Part shown: positions 40,010 to 52,015 of the stretch, in pieces
How the letters are laid out: every line of letters starts with the position of its first letter
How positions within the stretch are numbered: position 1 is the stretch's first letter
Source of the DNA: Phoronis australis
Taxonomy: Eukaryota > Animalia > Phoronida
Length of the DNA stretch: 64,000 nucleotides
Direction of reading: 5' to 3'
Assembly (NCBI GenBank): GCA_002633005.1
Contig: NMRA01000260.1
Location: 137,821-201,820 of the forward strand
The notes under the pieces: model-generated
The model's database searches: none
What the model was told of the DNA's origin: nothing
Seen by the model: the letters and a program-made list of their open reading frames with translations, nothing else
Made by a program: the position numbers and the translations under genes

Positions 40010-40707
40010 CATTTTGTTCAATAGCATAAAATCATACAAAATAAATCTCAACGTTAACCAAATACCAACTAAAAATACACGCCAATTTAATAAACAATCT
40101 AAACGACACCACCTCTTATTCGCAGTGTGTCCAAATGTCCCACACTCGTCCCTCGGTCAGTGGCAAAACTATGCAGAATCTTTGGTGTGACCGACCGATT
40201 AAACTTTTATTTGACTAGTAGTACTGCGCCGCGACTGGTGTCATGCATACGCAATTTGACAAGAAAAACATAAATACGTTTTGGAGATTTCAACTGTCTT
40301 ATGTTGATAAACCAACAAGATTTTCCCTAAAAATCTTATTCATCATCCACTTATGAATGTTCTGTAGAACTGCCTACATTTGAAGACCCACGCATGCTTG
40401 TTATTGCAAGTAACACGTTGACAGATCTTGAAACATCGTCTCGTGACCTTTTCCACGGTTAAAAGTTCCCTTTCCTACGTGGAGAGAAGGCTTACCACTA
40501 TCGTAATAATGGAACATCGGATACGTCACCAGTCCGAAATCGTAAGAGCCTTCGACATTTTAGATCGCAAAATGAAGTTTGTAGACGCTATCGCCACATT
40601 CTTACCAACTATTTTTGGTTGTCCGAGGCTCTAAGAAACATAATTCGACCATACTCTCTTACTTTTACAACCTCGATAACTACCAGTTCACCAAATGTCT
40701 TGTGGCA

Positions 40708-41067
40708 TTAACACGTGGTTGTGTTTGTGGGTGAATAATTATTAGACACGTCGATTTCTTCGTCATCATTGTCATTGTCGTCGGACATTTCGTGATCTGA
40801 GAACGATCGATTTTCTTCGATTTGTTGCGTATTTATACGTATTGGTGAGTCACTCCGACAAGTGTCCACATTTTCGGTAAGTTCAGGCAGGCGTCTGCTT
40901 TGCTCAGAATCATCGTCTGTGACGCAAATTTGTCTGACATCACTCAAATCTGGATGGGGATTTGCCTTGTTGGGCAGTGTCGACTCCCGCGTGCCACCCG
41001 AGGATAGAAGTTCTCTTTCTTTCGAATTTCTCCATTTCATGCGGCGGTTTTGAAACCATATTTTCAC
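40708..41067 (-). CDS. Dbx: Dbx coding exon 4 of 4 (helix 3, Dbx-specific post-homeodomain block, acidic tail)
   Basis: Acceptor CGTCTGCAG|GTG. Translation VKIWFQNRRMKWRNSKERELLSSGGTRESTLPNKANPHPDLSDV...DDNDNDDEEIDVS...; stop TAA at 40710-40708. The intron lies between homeodomain residues 44 and 45. Spliced CDS = 313+186+197+360 = 1056 nt = 351 aa + stop. Confidence 0.97.
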   Translation of the reverse strand: MKIWFQNRRMKWRNSKERELLSSGGTRESTLPNKANPHPDLSDVRQICVTDDDSEQSRRLPELTENVDTCRSDSPIRINTQQIEENRSFSDHEMSDDNDNDDEEIDVSNNYSPTNTTTC

Positions 41068-43249
41068 CTGCAGACGCGAAATAAAATAACCTTATATGTT
41101 TAAAGAACATGCATTTACCCGTGATTTGAAATGAACATTACATTTTCGTTATAAACGCTGACATGCACTGATCACCTTTAGACTTATATTCAGTTTTGAT
41201 AACACTTTTGACATCATACCAGATATATCTCTAACAGTTTTAGTACCCATGTGCTTCGTTCATAAAATTTGAAGTGTGAATAGCTTTACCCTAGACGATC
41301 AACTTCTAAGTTTGCCAATCGCTTAAGTTAATGTGGACTTCGACTTGAGGTTTGATATCCATGTAAAATATTGTCTTTCTAATCAACAAACGTCTAATTA
41401 ATAAAAAAATTAGTTATCAGTGGTAGATGACATGATGACAAATAGACCAGATATTAGTTCGAGCGTAATGATTTGTTTTTCAGTCGTACAAGTAGTCCCT
41501 TTCTTTGAAACTGGAAGCGTTCAATTTGTGACAAGCTTATAGTTAATTAAAATAAAACCTGGTGGAAGGATTTTTTATTCATGCGCTCACAGCTGACGAG
41601 CATAAACCGTCAGTCGAGTAATTATATTCAACGCCTCTCTGTGAAAATAAAACTTGTTGATATGGCCTTCGGCTATTAGGACATCTAACTATTTAATTGA
41701 TTTCTCCTGAACACGCGCTTGAGTTAACACTTGTGACGTGTCTGTAATTATAGTTCAATTCTCATTCAGAGATCATCGATCCGGCGGTTATACGGCAATT
41801 TTCAAGTGCAATCAAAGTACACTCAAAAATGTATTGCATATTAAATTAATTTTCCAAATGTTTTCCATAATCATAAAATATCTTCAGACCATCTTTCACT
41901 GGTAGAATAGGAATTTTAAACGTTTTACCTACAAAACTGCGTGAATTGCATCAAATCAAAGGTATCAGTGTCAAACACCAAAAACTGCAATTTTGGCAAC
42001 TGTGTTATACTAAAAAGATAAAAACTCTGTAAAACTTCTAATTAACACGAATATCAGTCTAGGTCCAGTCGTCGCATGCTAACGCGACTATAACCCGCTC
42101 AAGAAGTATTTTTGCGCGAGGAAGTTCTTGCCATATTAGCGTTTCGGAGAGAATCGAAATACTATCGGCAGAATTGTGAAACTAGTGCAAGACGCAGATG
42201 ATGTGAAATGTAACCGTGAGAGCGCTGGAGGATAAGGGATGCCCAGGTACAATTTTTGATTGAGAAATGTCTTAAAATGACATCCTGACGGCCGTGGTTT
42301 TTAACTCGCGTCCGCTAGGGATCGGATACCTTGGGCGCTCCAAATCCTTTTTGACCATGTGTTGCAAATTACCCTTATTCAATCAGATAAATATTGTTCT
42401 TGAAATTTAAATGAAATTTGGTTTGATCAGATGTTTCAAGCATGAAAAAATGTAAAGTTGTGTTACGAAATATGCAATATTTGAGTTGCGCATGTTGGTG
42501 TGTTGCTTTAAACAATTGAAAACGTTGGCCAAGGGCAGCGTGGCTCACTTGAAAAAGATAATAGCAAGTGTCGGAAACCAGAGTGTTTACGGTCATGGAT
42601 TCATGAGTCGAATGAGTCGACAATCACTCCCCTCCCTTTTGATTTGAAGTGACCCCTGTGGGCATGTTGCCACATGTGATTGTTCAGCCGAGCGACTCTT
42701 CACTGACACGTGCACAGATTTGTTCGTTGTTAATACAACATCTAATTAGCGACTTAACTCGACAGATATGTAAGTGATTGGAATATCAATAAATTGTTTT
42801 TGTTCATCAGCTCTTTATACGACCTTAATTCGGACATATGTGTTTACTTCCCAGCTGTTGCGCGAAACGATAATGGAGTGTATGAAATTAAAATTTGCTC
42901 AATCTGCGATTTTATTTAGGTAAGGCATAGGTATAATTAGTTTTAATGATTCTCGAACGACGTCAAATAGCAGTACTGGATGTGTAACGGTCAATTAATG
43001 GAGTATTTAAGCATTGTTCATATCGAAGACATATGTAGTAAACAGTGGTTCTGTTACACTACCGCACCCTTATCCTGGACAAAATGAGTTTCTCATGATC
43101 TTGTGTATGACAATAACACCATTATTTAGTAAAACTCCTATAAATTTGCCATTCATCACATCAACCGATTTTTTATTTAGACCACTGTTCGGTATGGACT
43201 CAAATTGCTCCTAAGTCAAATTGGAAAAACTGGCAGTTCTGTATTGCTA

Positions 43250-43318
43250 GAGAAAAAGATCTTCAAGTTGGTTTGTTATTGCTTGAGAACAAAATCTTCA
43301 AGTTGGTTTGTTATGCAT
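43250..43318. repeat. 35-bp tandem duplication in Dbx intron 3
   Basis: ATCTTCAAGTTGGTTTGTTAT at 43259 and 43294. Confidence 0.8.
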
Positions 43319-43856
43319 GGGCTGCTGTTTTATGCACCGAACAGTACGGTCTTTGCAAACTCAGACAACACATCTCAGTGAGGAAAAATTTGAGGTCAGT
43401 TTTATAGCGGCAAGTGGTCCAAATTGTAATTCGCTTTCTGGACAGTAGGCGGGTTTATAGTCCCTTTAAGTTTCTCAGTATCACACCGATTTTTTTTCAA
43501 AAAAAGCTCCACTCAATGAAATTGTGACAGAATGACATTTTTTTATCTAATATCTACACATCAATTATCGTGTGCACGAATATGTGTTAAACAATATACT
43601 AATAAATATTCATGGGATACAAAATATCCATAGTTTTAGTTTTGGTTTCATTTTAAATAAGATGCTTGAAGTGCCATTTTCAATGATTCGGGTGATTGTT
43701 TATTCGATGGTAGTGGTAATTATGTTCAAACTCCGTTGCCATAAAAAAATACAAAGCATTGCGACATAAGGTGTTTCTGGGGACTAACTCGCACATGCAT
43801 TATGGACAGTAAAAAAGATACTTGTTAGGAGTTCGTACTTTTTCGTAATTTCTCAC

Positions 43857-44053
43857 CTGCGAATCTTTTAGTCCCAGTTTTGCTGCCAGTTTTTTCCTGT
43901 CTGGTTTACTGATGTATTTCTGTTTCTGAAACATTTTCTCTAAACCCTTTCTCTGAACATCCGAAAAGACAGCCCGTCTCAGCATGCCTCGCCGGGGTTT
44001 CCCTCTCATACTGTTGAGAAAGCTGAACGCCCCCGGAAGAGGTAACATAGATG
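43857..44053 (-). CDS. Dbx: Dbx coding exon 3 of 4 (homeodomain residues 1-44)
   Basis: Acceptor TTTTTATTCCAG|CA. Translation ASMLPLPGAFSFLNSMRGKPRRGMLRRAVFSDVQRKGLEKMFQKQKYISKPDRKKLAAKLGLKDSQ is diagnostic of Dbx (RGKPRRGMLRRAVFSD). Donor CAG|GTGAGA; 197 nt, ends in phase 0. Confidence 0.97.
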
Positions 44054-46727
44054 CTGGAATAAAAATTCAACACAACAATGCCATGATGTCACCACCGTAT
44101 GCAGCGTAGAACAGACTTCAATCTATCCTCGATAAAACGTGAGCATACTAATCATACTTTAAGGCCAAGAATCATTCGCAAATTGAAATTTAACATGATT
44201 TGTTCATGTTATGTTTATTATCATTACCTCTTTTCACACTTCAATGAACAATAACATCGACTTTCTAGATATCTTTGCTATTATAATCAAATGCATTGAT
44301 CTTCTAAGGGCACAGTTACATAATTGGTTGTTTGTTATTTTCAGTTAGTTTGTCTATTTATGTGTTTTCAACAGAATATCATTGAAGAGTGCAGGCGGCT
44401 TGATACGAAAGAAAAATAAATCCATTATCTATAGCGTTTTCGGCAGTTATATTTTCGAACTTGAATCGGTAACAGCACATCTACATTTATACTAACTTAA
44501 CCGGCACATGCAGTCTGATTACGTAACACAGCTATCCATGGTAACATCTGTTTCAACTACCACATTTTACGGTAATCCAATCCTCTCGTCATAATTGCGT
44601 ACAGTGTATTGCAGTCAAAATACGAACGACAGCTTTCCACCATTTATCTACAAATTTTTGTTGCTTATCCAACAGATTTTCGTCATTTATTAACGCAATT
44701 TACGGATATTATTGTCAATTTCCAAATAAGAAATACGTGAGTCGTTTAGAAGCGTCTGGCTTATTACGTTTGACACAAATCTTGCGTTTGTCAGTATGGA
44801 ACAACATGAAATCCATTAGGCAAGCAGCGGCATAATTAGATAGCCCTTACAAGAATTAAAAGAGATTTGCTCCCCCACCAGTTTGAATAAAAGACGCGTA
44901 AGATTTTAAGAGCAATGCTTGGAATATTGCGTGGATCGTTTTGTATAGTAAATGGCCCTGTCGTTTTATAAGTAAATAGAAAAGAAATTGGACCAGTTAA
45001 ACACCTTCGGACAAAGAATTTTATTAACTAGGGGGATATCCTTTCTTGTGTCAATCAAAAGCAATTATTCAGTTGGTGTTCATGTAGTTACTTCCACCAG
45101 CGTTATGTGGTTCGAAAATTCACGAAAAAGATTTTTTACATTTTATCTATAAAAGGAATGCACACACCAAACGACTTTTGTTTTAACAGGACATGAATCT
45201 GAAATGTCGATTGTTCTTTACTGTGATAAAACTGATGTCAACTTGTTTTCGAACGATTTTAAATTACATAGACATAGACTCACTATTTACTTTATTCCTG
45301 AAAACAAGAATTTTTCGTAAGAGTAGAGGGCGTTATACGTTTGTTTTAAACCAATTCGTGTGCGTAGTGACTTTGATCGAAAACAAATTTGCATTGGACC
45401 AAACTAAAAACGAATTTGAGCAAACGAATCAGAACTTTGATTAAGGAGCACACAGGCTATCAAAATTTAATACCCATAAACTGATACGACGATACATGAA
45501 AATATCTTGAGCAAAGGCAATCAAAGGCACTCTACAGAAAACTGAGTTGACAAATAGTCATTAGTAAGACTTTTGTTGACATAATTTGTATGCGGTTCAG
45601 AGACGTGTCAGAGTACAAGTTCACTTGAAATTTGAAAAAAATATCTTAAAACTACTCGAATGACTGGTGTATAATTTCACGATGTTTTCTTAAGGAAACA
45701 ATACAGTTGATTCAATATCACTCTGAGTCCACTTTTGACAGCGTGTGCCTTCACTCAGACTGAGGCCTGAAAAATATATCCCAGTTCAAAACAAAGACTA
45801 GGACAATAATACGGCGATTCATAGACCTTTGATTTCCACTCAAAAAATTTCAACAATTTTCAAGCGGGACTCGTTGACATTGCAATGAGTGTCTATTTGA
45901 AATAAACCATGGTCTTAAGCGCTAAATCTGCTTTAATGGGCTGCATTTGTAAAGTTGAGTTACCGTATTACCGAACTTCCGAAGTGGCGTTTATCAAAAG
46001 GCTTATGCGAGTTACGTATGCTTACATTTTGGTTTAGCTGACAAGTACGTAGTCTTTCCCTGGTTTTAGACATTAGTGTAAACCAGCACAGGGGGGTTGA
46101 GCTCGAAATAAGCCAGAAAAATATACATTTCAGATCCTCAAACACAGCCACACTAGAAATGGTACGACATGTATTCGACTTTTTGTTCTCGTGCAATCAC
46201 TTTCCCGAGATTATGTAAGAAATAACTTGCAGAAAATTTTTATCCACACCAATTTGAAAACTTCGTGAGCTCATCTTATCCAGATAAACATTTCAATACA
46301 ACCAAACTCATTCAGTAACCAATAGCCTTGGAGAGGCGGAATACTTAACACTGAAGAAGTAATAATTGAACTGATTGTAGACGTAATACGATATCTCTTA
46401 ACTGGTGATAATTTTCCTGCGACTTCTGGGCCCCAATATGAATTTCGTCTGTCTGTAGTGTCGTGCATAGTGTTACACAGAGCAAGACAAGCCGTCTCGT
46501 TTGATTGAAAATCAAGCGAAATGTGCTGGGATTCCAACAGTTATTTCGGAAATTCTAAAGATTTCAAGGTATACATTTGGTGTCAATAACATGACACACT
46601 GACTTGGGTATAGGGATCGCTAGTATGTTGAACACGCGATAATTTATGTTACAAATTCATACCATAGTAATGCCTTTAGTGTCAATATAAACTTTCTGGA
46701 ACGTCTCTGTTCAGTTTCAATACAAAC

Positions 46728-46913
46728 CTGCAAAGTAAGGATTCCGTGCGAGAGATAGAGTACTGGAGTCGTAGAACTGCGTAGGACTACATGACGTGCA
46801 CACGGTCCCGCCACTGTGTCCGGTCGAGTCAGCATGCTTCGAATGAATCGGCGACTGTGTCTGTGATGGATAGGTAACGAAGGCGCTTGTTTCTGTACTC
46901 TGCAAACTCTGGA
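46728..46913 (-). CDS. Dbx: Dbx coding exon 2 of 4
   Basis: Acceptor TTTCCTTTTATTGTAG|TC and donor GCAG|GTTTGT; 186 nt, phase 1 to phase 1, open frame. It ends ...LARNPYFA, resembling the Dbx1 motif IRSSYFP that precedes the pre-homeodomain exon. Confidence 0.82.
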
Positions 46914-49900
46914 CTACAATAAAAGGAAATCTTGTAACCATAAAAAATCGTTGAATGGTTATAAGTGTACATAGCATTCAAAATCAAATGCCACAAAGAT
47001 TATGTGAATCGAAGACTTAGTGTATATTTCAAGAATGTTGTTAAACTAGTGACACACCCTTGACAAAGAGCGCATCGCTCGAAACATGGGCATATTTTAA
47101 TATATTTTAGTACCGAGGCTCGTCGTTTTAGTTTTAATAGTTTTACTATTTTATATTTTTATCCGTCGGTAACTGCACGGCATTCCAGCATCTATTTGAT
47201 TTCAAGAATGTTGTTAATGAACTTGTAGACTAACTTTCAGTTGCTCCCGAATAAGAAAGTTTTGTGTACAGATTTTATTTATTTGTTGATAGTATGTTTT
47301 ACACCAAAGAAAGTGTGTGATTTTACATTTAAATTTGAAAATCGAAATGGTTGCGCTTCGTTATTTCAGTGATGCTTGAAAGCTTTCATTACCTCAGAAA
47401 AAGGAGCATGCTCTTTCATCACGTGACTTTTGAAAGAGTTTAGACAACGGTTTTAGTTCTGACAAAAATCTGTGCCACGTAAGTAAAATCCCACATAGAA
47501 AATTGACAGCCTTAAATTAATCCAGTAATTAACCTATCCTTACAGCTCATGGTGTTGACTGAAATCAGATGTTCCTTTAACCATTAATCAAGTATAATTA
47601 TCACACATGTTCTTGTAAATATAATTTCGAAATGGCGTTTTGCTACTGCAAGAATAGAACACGTAATTCGACTGTGAATGGACACAATCCATTGGTGGAG
47701 TGACGTTTAAACACAACTTCCTGAAATCAAGTTGTCACCAAAATCAACATTAAATGTGATTTAATGTCTTTAGATTATCTTCATATGATGGATCTTAATT
47801 GATCCAATTAGACAACAATTTATGAACTTAGGCGATTACCATAGATGAAATATTGTTATCTGATTGGCCGACAAACGCGTGCTCTTAATGGAAAGGGACT
47901 TAGGTGCTTATGGAGTTATCTTGGGAAATTGGTGCAAAATGTGTGAACATCCAATTAAGTTACAAACAACTTTGGTAATTTGTGTTTTAAACAAGACATA
48001 ACTGATGATTAATGGGCGCTGAGGATTCGGAATACTTTGTACTTTACCAATTGTTGTGGACGATTCGTTAGCGTCATTTTTAAAAAGGTAATCTAGATTT
48101 ATAAAAAACGTCATGTCTATAAAATATTAGATTTTAGCCAATGGGCAATATTTTCCAAAAAGTTTCAATATTCTTGTCTTGAAATACTGGCCACGGATGA
48201 CTAAGTCAAAGTCTATCCTTGCCAAATCATTTAAAATTGACTCAAGCACTACTTGCAAGTATCCTTGCCTGAGGTTGAAGGCAAAATACGCTTTTCACGT
48301 TTAGCGCTTTAAGTATTGCTTTGTTTCCATGAGGAAGCACTCTTATCCAGTTGTAAGCTTAATACTAATTTTGAATTTCTGTTGTCGCAGCAATTTAATT
48401 GGTCATATGAATGCTAAATGCCGCAACAGAAGCTACGCAATCGTTAAGAAAAAAAATACCTAAAACTGTTAACATCTTAGAAAAACTTTGCTTCGAGCTA
48501 TTAAACCAATCAATTATTCAAAAGTACCAAAATCTACATTAGTCAAGTGGGCATTTATTAGATGTTTATTCAAGCTATCGTCATTTCAACAGAGCGATAT
48601 TTCCAGTCGGAAAGTGTCGACGCATCATTGTGATAAAACGAAAACACGAAAACAATTACACGGTATTAAGCGCCAATTAGTATGTTTGCTGTATTCACTG
48701 GTTCAAGTGGGCGAAATGTATTTATTCTACGTTGAGTAAACACTCCTGATCTTTCGTGAATAAGCCATGTCGTGTCATCCCAGACGGGTAACGGCCTGGG
48801 ATGGGCATTTGACTCCTGAGGAACGGAACTTGAAGCTAACAGATTGATGGCAAATTGTATGGATGAGGGACATGAGTTTTGCTCCTCACAGTATATCGAA
48901 ACAAAAGCAAGTTAGAGTGGAACAGAACAACATGAACCTCGGACGCCAAAATTATGCTTGTTCATATTATACGAATTGACTCCTAGTGAAAGAGGTATGA
49001 ATATTTTTATAAGGTATTCTGTATGTCTTACTCAAAAGAACACTACCTGTATTTAAATGAGTTTTGAGTCAGATTTGTTTCCAAGCTGTAGCAGCTGCGA
49101 AATGTACATTTCTGGGTATTTTCAATTGCGAATAAAAAGTATGAATCAAAATTCATTTCAAGACATCTTAAAATGCCTAAAAGAGCCTTTAAAAGATTGA
49201 CGTCGACTGCAACGGCAAAAGTGTTAAACAGATTGCATTTTCTGTTAACATAACAGCTTCTGTATGAAGTGATTCCGTATTTGAAAGGTTCTTGTCAGGT
49301 GCTAAGCATCTGCGAATTAAAAGATATACTTGTAAATAAATTATAAGTAGAAATCCATCGACTGGTACCTGCTTTGCTGAATTCATTTTAAGAATGTATA
49401 TCTCAAACGCACGTGCGTTCGAGCTCAGTGAGGTGTCACACCTGCACTGTCACAATGCTCAAGCTGACCTGTCCGCGTTTGACAGCCAACCAAAAAGAAC
49501 CATATATCTCTCTCAAAGCAACAATTGGACGCTCGCACTAGACACCCTTAATCGGGAAATGTTGCAATGAAATATACATCAATTTCAATAAAATCTCAGG
49601 TCGAGCTTCCTATGAGATAAAATGATGGATAATCAGTTGAACGAAAAAAGTGACAACTTGTGTTTAAATGCACTCTAACCTTTGTTGACTTGCTTTTAAC
49701 GTTACAACGGTACCTGAGGTGTTTTATGTATAAAACTGCGTCTGTCATTTTTAACACGACTCCTGGCTTCCAGCTATTTATTTATGTAACTTGTGCAGAA
49801 GAAATCACTTTTTGGATAGTGTTTAAAAATGAGTGTTTTCCAAAACAACAGACAAGGGTCAGAACTTTGAGACAACTAATTTCTTCTGTCACCGAGTACG

Positions 49901-50455
49901 CTACTGAAAAACGAATAGCAAATTTATCATATTCTTTTCATTCGTCGGTTTTATCGGTCTGTCAGATTGTTTTTCAAGAAAAACGTCGCAACAGTGAAAA
50001 TGGAGCTTATTTGTTGATTGAGTGATTGTCAAATTCCATATCAAAACAAATCTCCAAAAACATAGACTAGGCATGCTCCACCTAAGTTTACTTCTAGAAA
50101 AGCAATCAATAGCGATAATCTACAATTAGTATAGAAAAGTAAAACAAGTCGGTTAATCTGATGAGATCATGAGCACCACATGCGGTTTGATATTTCTATA
50201 ATAGAATTAATGGTCTAACATACTATCGTGATAATTGACGCGTTTTACATGGACATCTTTCCTAAACGTTTTCTCGTTTAGTCGTCACCCCAGTAGCAAT
50301 AATAAATTACTGATACCTGGTCTTAAGAAGATTGTGGTTAGAGTCAAATGCTCCTGGTGTAAAAAAATAACTATCACCAATCAGAAGTGATCGATTTAAC
50401 CTTCAAACTATTAACAGTTATAGTGAAAAAGGTAGCTTAGCCTAGTATCATATAC

Positions 50456-50768
50456 CTGTTTTCCTTGGAGATGTGTTGGATGAAAGAATCGCGTTGACCC
50501 CAAATTTTAGATATGGTTGGGCAACGGTGGCTGTTGGTGACGCACACATTGGCTTCGAAGGCAACGTTTTTGTTCCGGCGAGGAGAGATTGCGCCGTAGA
50601 GGCCTGCGGCGAGGTGACTGGAGCTCTGTCCCGCAAAATGTTCTCCATCAAGAAGGCGGATGTTGCTCCGGGGGCTGCAATGAACCCTTGATTTGGCACC
50701 TGGGCCAGCATCGGTGTCCTAAACATGTGGTGGTAGAACAGAGAAGGTGACAATACCCCTGGAAACAT
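50456..50768 (-). CDS. Dbx: Dbx homeobox protein, coding exon 1 of 4 (N-terminus with two eh1/Groucho-binding-like motifs)
   Basis: ATG at 50768 gives MFPGVLSPSLFYHHMFRTP...AFLMENILR...YLKFGVNAILSS, matching the vertebrate Dbx1 motifs MFPGLL, FLVEDLIR and FLKFGVNAILSS as I recall them. The exon ends ACAG|GTATAT (donor at 50455); 313 nt, phase 1. Confidence 0.93.
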
Positions 50769-50869
50769 TCTGTCGGTTGTGTTTATGATCTGTCTTTTTG
50801 TAGCTAACTCGAGTATAAAGGCTGGGAACACGTGCAGAAGACAAATTTACGTGGACGCAAAATAGACTA

Positions 50870-51040
50870 CTCAAAACTGAATTGGGTATATAAGTTACGC
50901 CACACGGGGTTGACCGCAAATAAGATATTAAAATAAACATCGCAGCATCAGCGTGTGTCTGATTGGTCAAGGATCATCGCTGTTAGCCAATGAAAATCGG
51001 CTATGCTGGCGAAGTAGCGAGAAAAATAGGCGTGGCTTAC
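50870..51040 (-). promoter_or_regulatory. Putative Dbx core/proximal promoter
   Basis: 100-270 bp upstream of the ATG: two oppositely oriented CCAAT boxes (CTGATTGGTC 50959-50968; AGCCAATGA 50985-50993), a GC-box-like AGGCGTGGC near 51028-51036, TATATA at 50887-50892 and an Inr-like TCAGTT (minus strand, 50880-50875). The TSS cannot be determined from sequence. Confidence 0.55.
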
Positions 51041-51858
51041 TCAAATAGACGACAATTTGCCTTAACATTGACATTGCTATTGATTCAGCTAAGATCACCG
51101 TATTAAAATATTTAATTAAGCGACGGTCTCCTTTGTAAAACTTTGTTTTCATGATCAATGAAAATAAGATGCTTGGAAATACGTGGTTATAAAATCAAGT
51201 TAATTCTTTTGATATTACAGCGAATAACACGCAATATAATTGAATTAGATTTTTACGGTGTCACTTCACTAGTCAATTGGGTTAAGCCGATTACTTGGTA
51301 TTTTAAAACGTAGATATTGCTTAAATTAAACAGGTTAATTCGAATAATGGTATCTATAAAATTTTAAGATATCGATGGTTAGTGTGTCAACTTTGAAAAA
51401 AAATATTTTACAACCTTGGCTACTCCAGGAAGATTTGATCAATTTCATACGCTTTCATGGTATTTGTTATTTCATTTACGTTATTAGTTATTATAACGAT
51501 GCTGTGATCACTAACATATGACATCATTGAAATCAATATTTCCAATGCTTCACTTTATTAAGACAACAAGAAAATAGCACGCACAGTTTTCAATAGCATT
51601 ATGTAGAGATTATCTGTGGTTACCCAGAATGGTATAAAGCCTTTGCGAATGTTAATGAAAGAATAGTCCGTAAAAAGTAGCAGCCAAATTTGAGCTCGTT
51701 AATTTGTCTACGATTTACGGATCCGGTACTTTCGTACTCATCTTTTTCTCGTTTGGTTATTAGTGACATAAAGACAAACTCATCCAATATTGCCCACTAC
51801 CACGACTTACCCAAGTCATTACCCAATACTAGAACTTACCCAGCTACGTTACCATTTT

Positions 51859-52015
51859 GCATCATCAACGATGACAAGGTCTGAGATAACGGAGATGGCG
51901 ATGACGTCGACGATGACACACCGACAAAACCATGATGCACTCAGTGACGAAGTGTTGATGGTGATGACGGTCATGATGACGATGGTGACTATGATGTTAA
52001 CAGTGGTGATGACGA
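51859..52015. repeat. Degenerate (GAT/GAC/GGT)n tract upstream of Dbx
   Basis: gatggtgatgacggtcatgatgacgatggtgactatgatg... Confidence 0.7.

Noticed and set aside
43800-44048. Hlx (H2.0-like) identity or a stand-alone 82-aa ORF
   Set aside because: GMLRRAVFSD, QKYISKPDRKKLA and WRNSKERELLS are Dbx-type. The frame after KDSQ is intron (GTGAGA donor) and continues in the exon at 41067.
50769-50831. N-terminal extension of Dbx from the ORF-track start at 50831
   Set aside because: It uses a non-ATG start under a bacterial-style code; similarity to Dbx begins at the ATG at 50768 (MFPG...).
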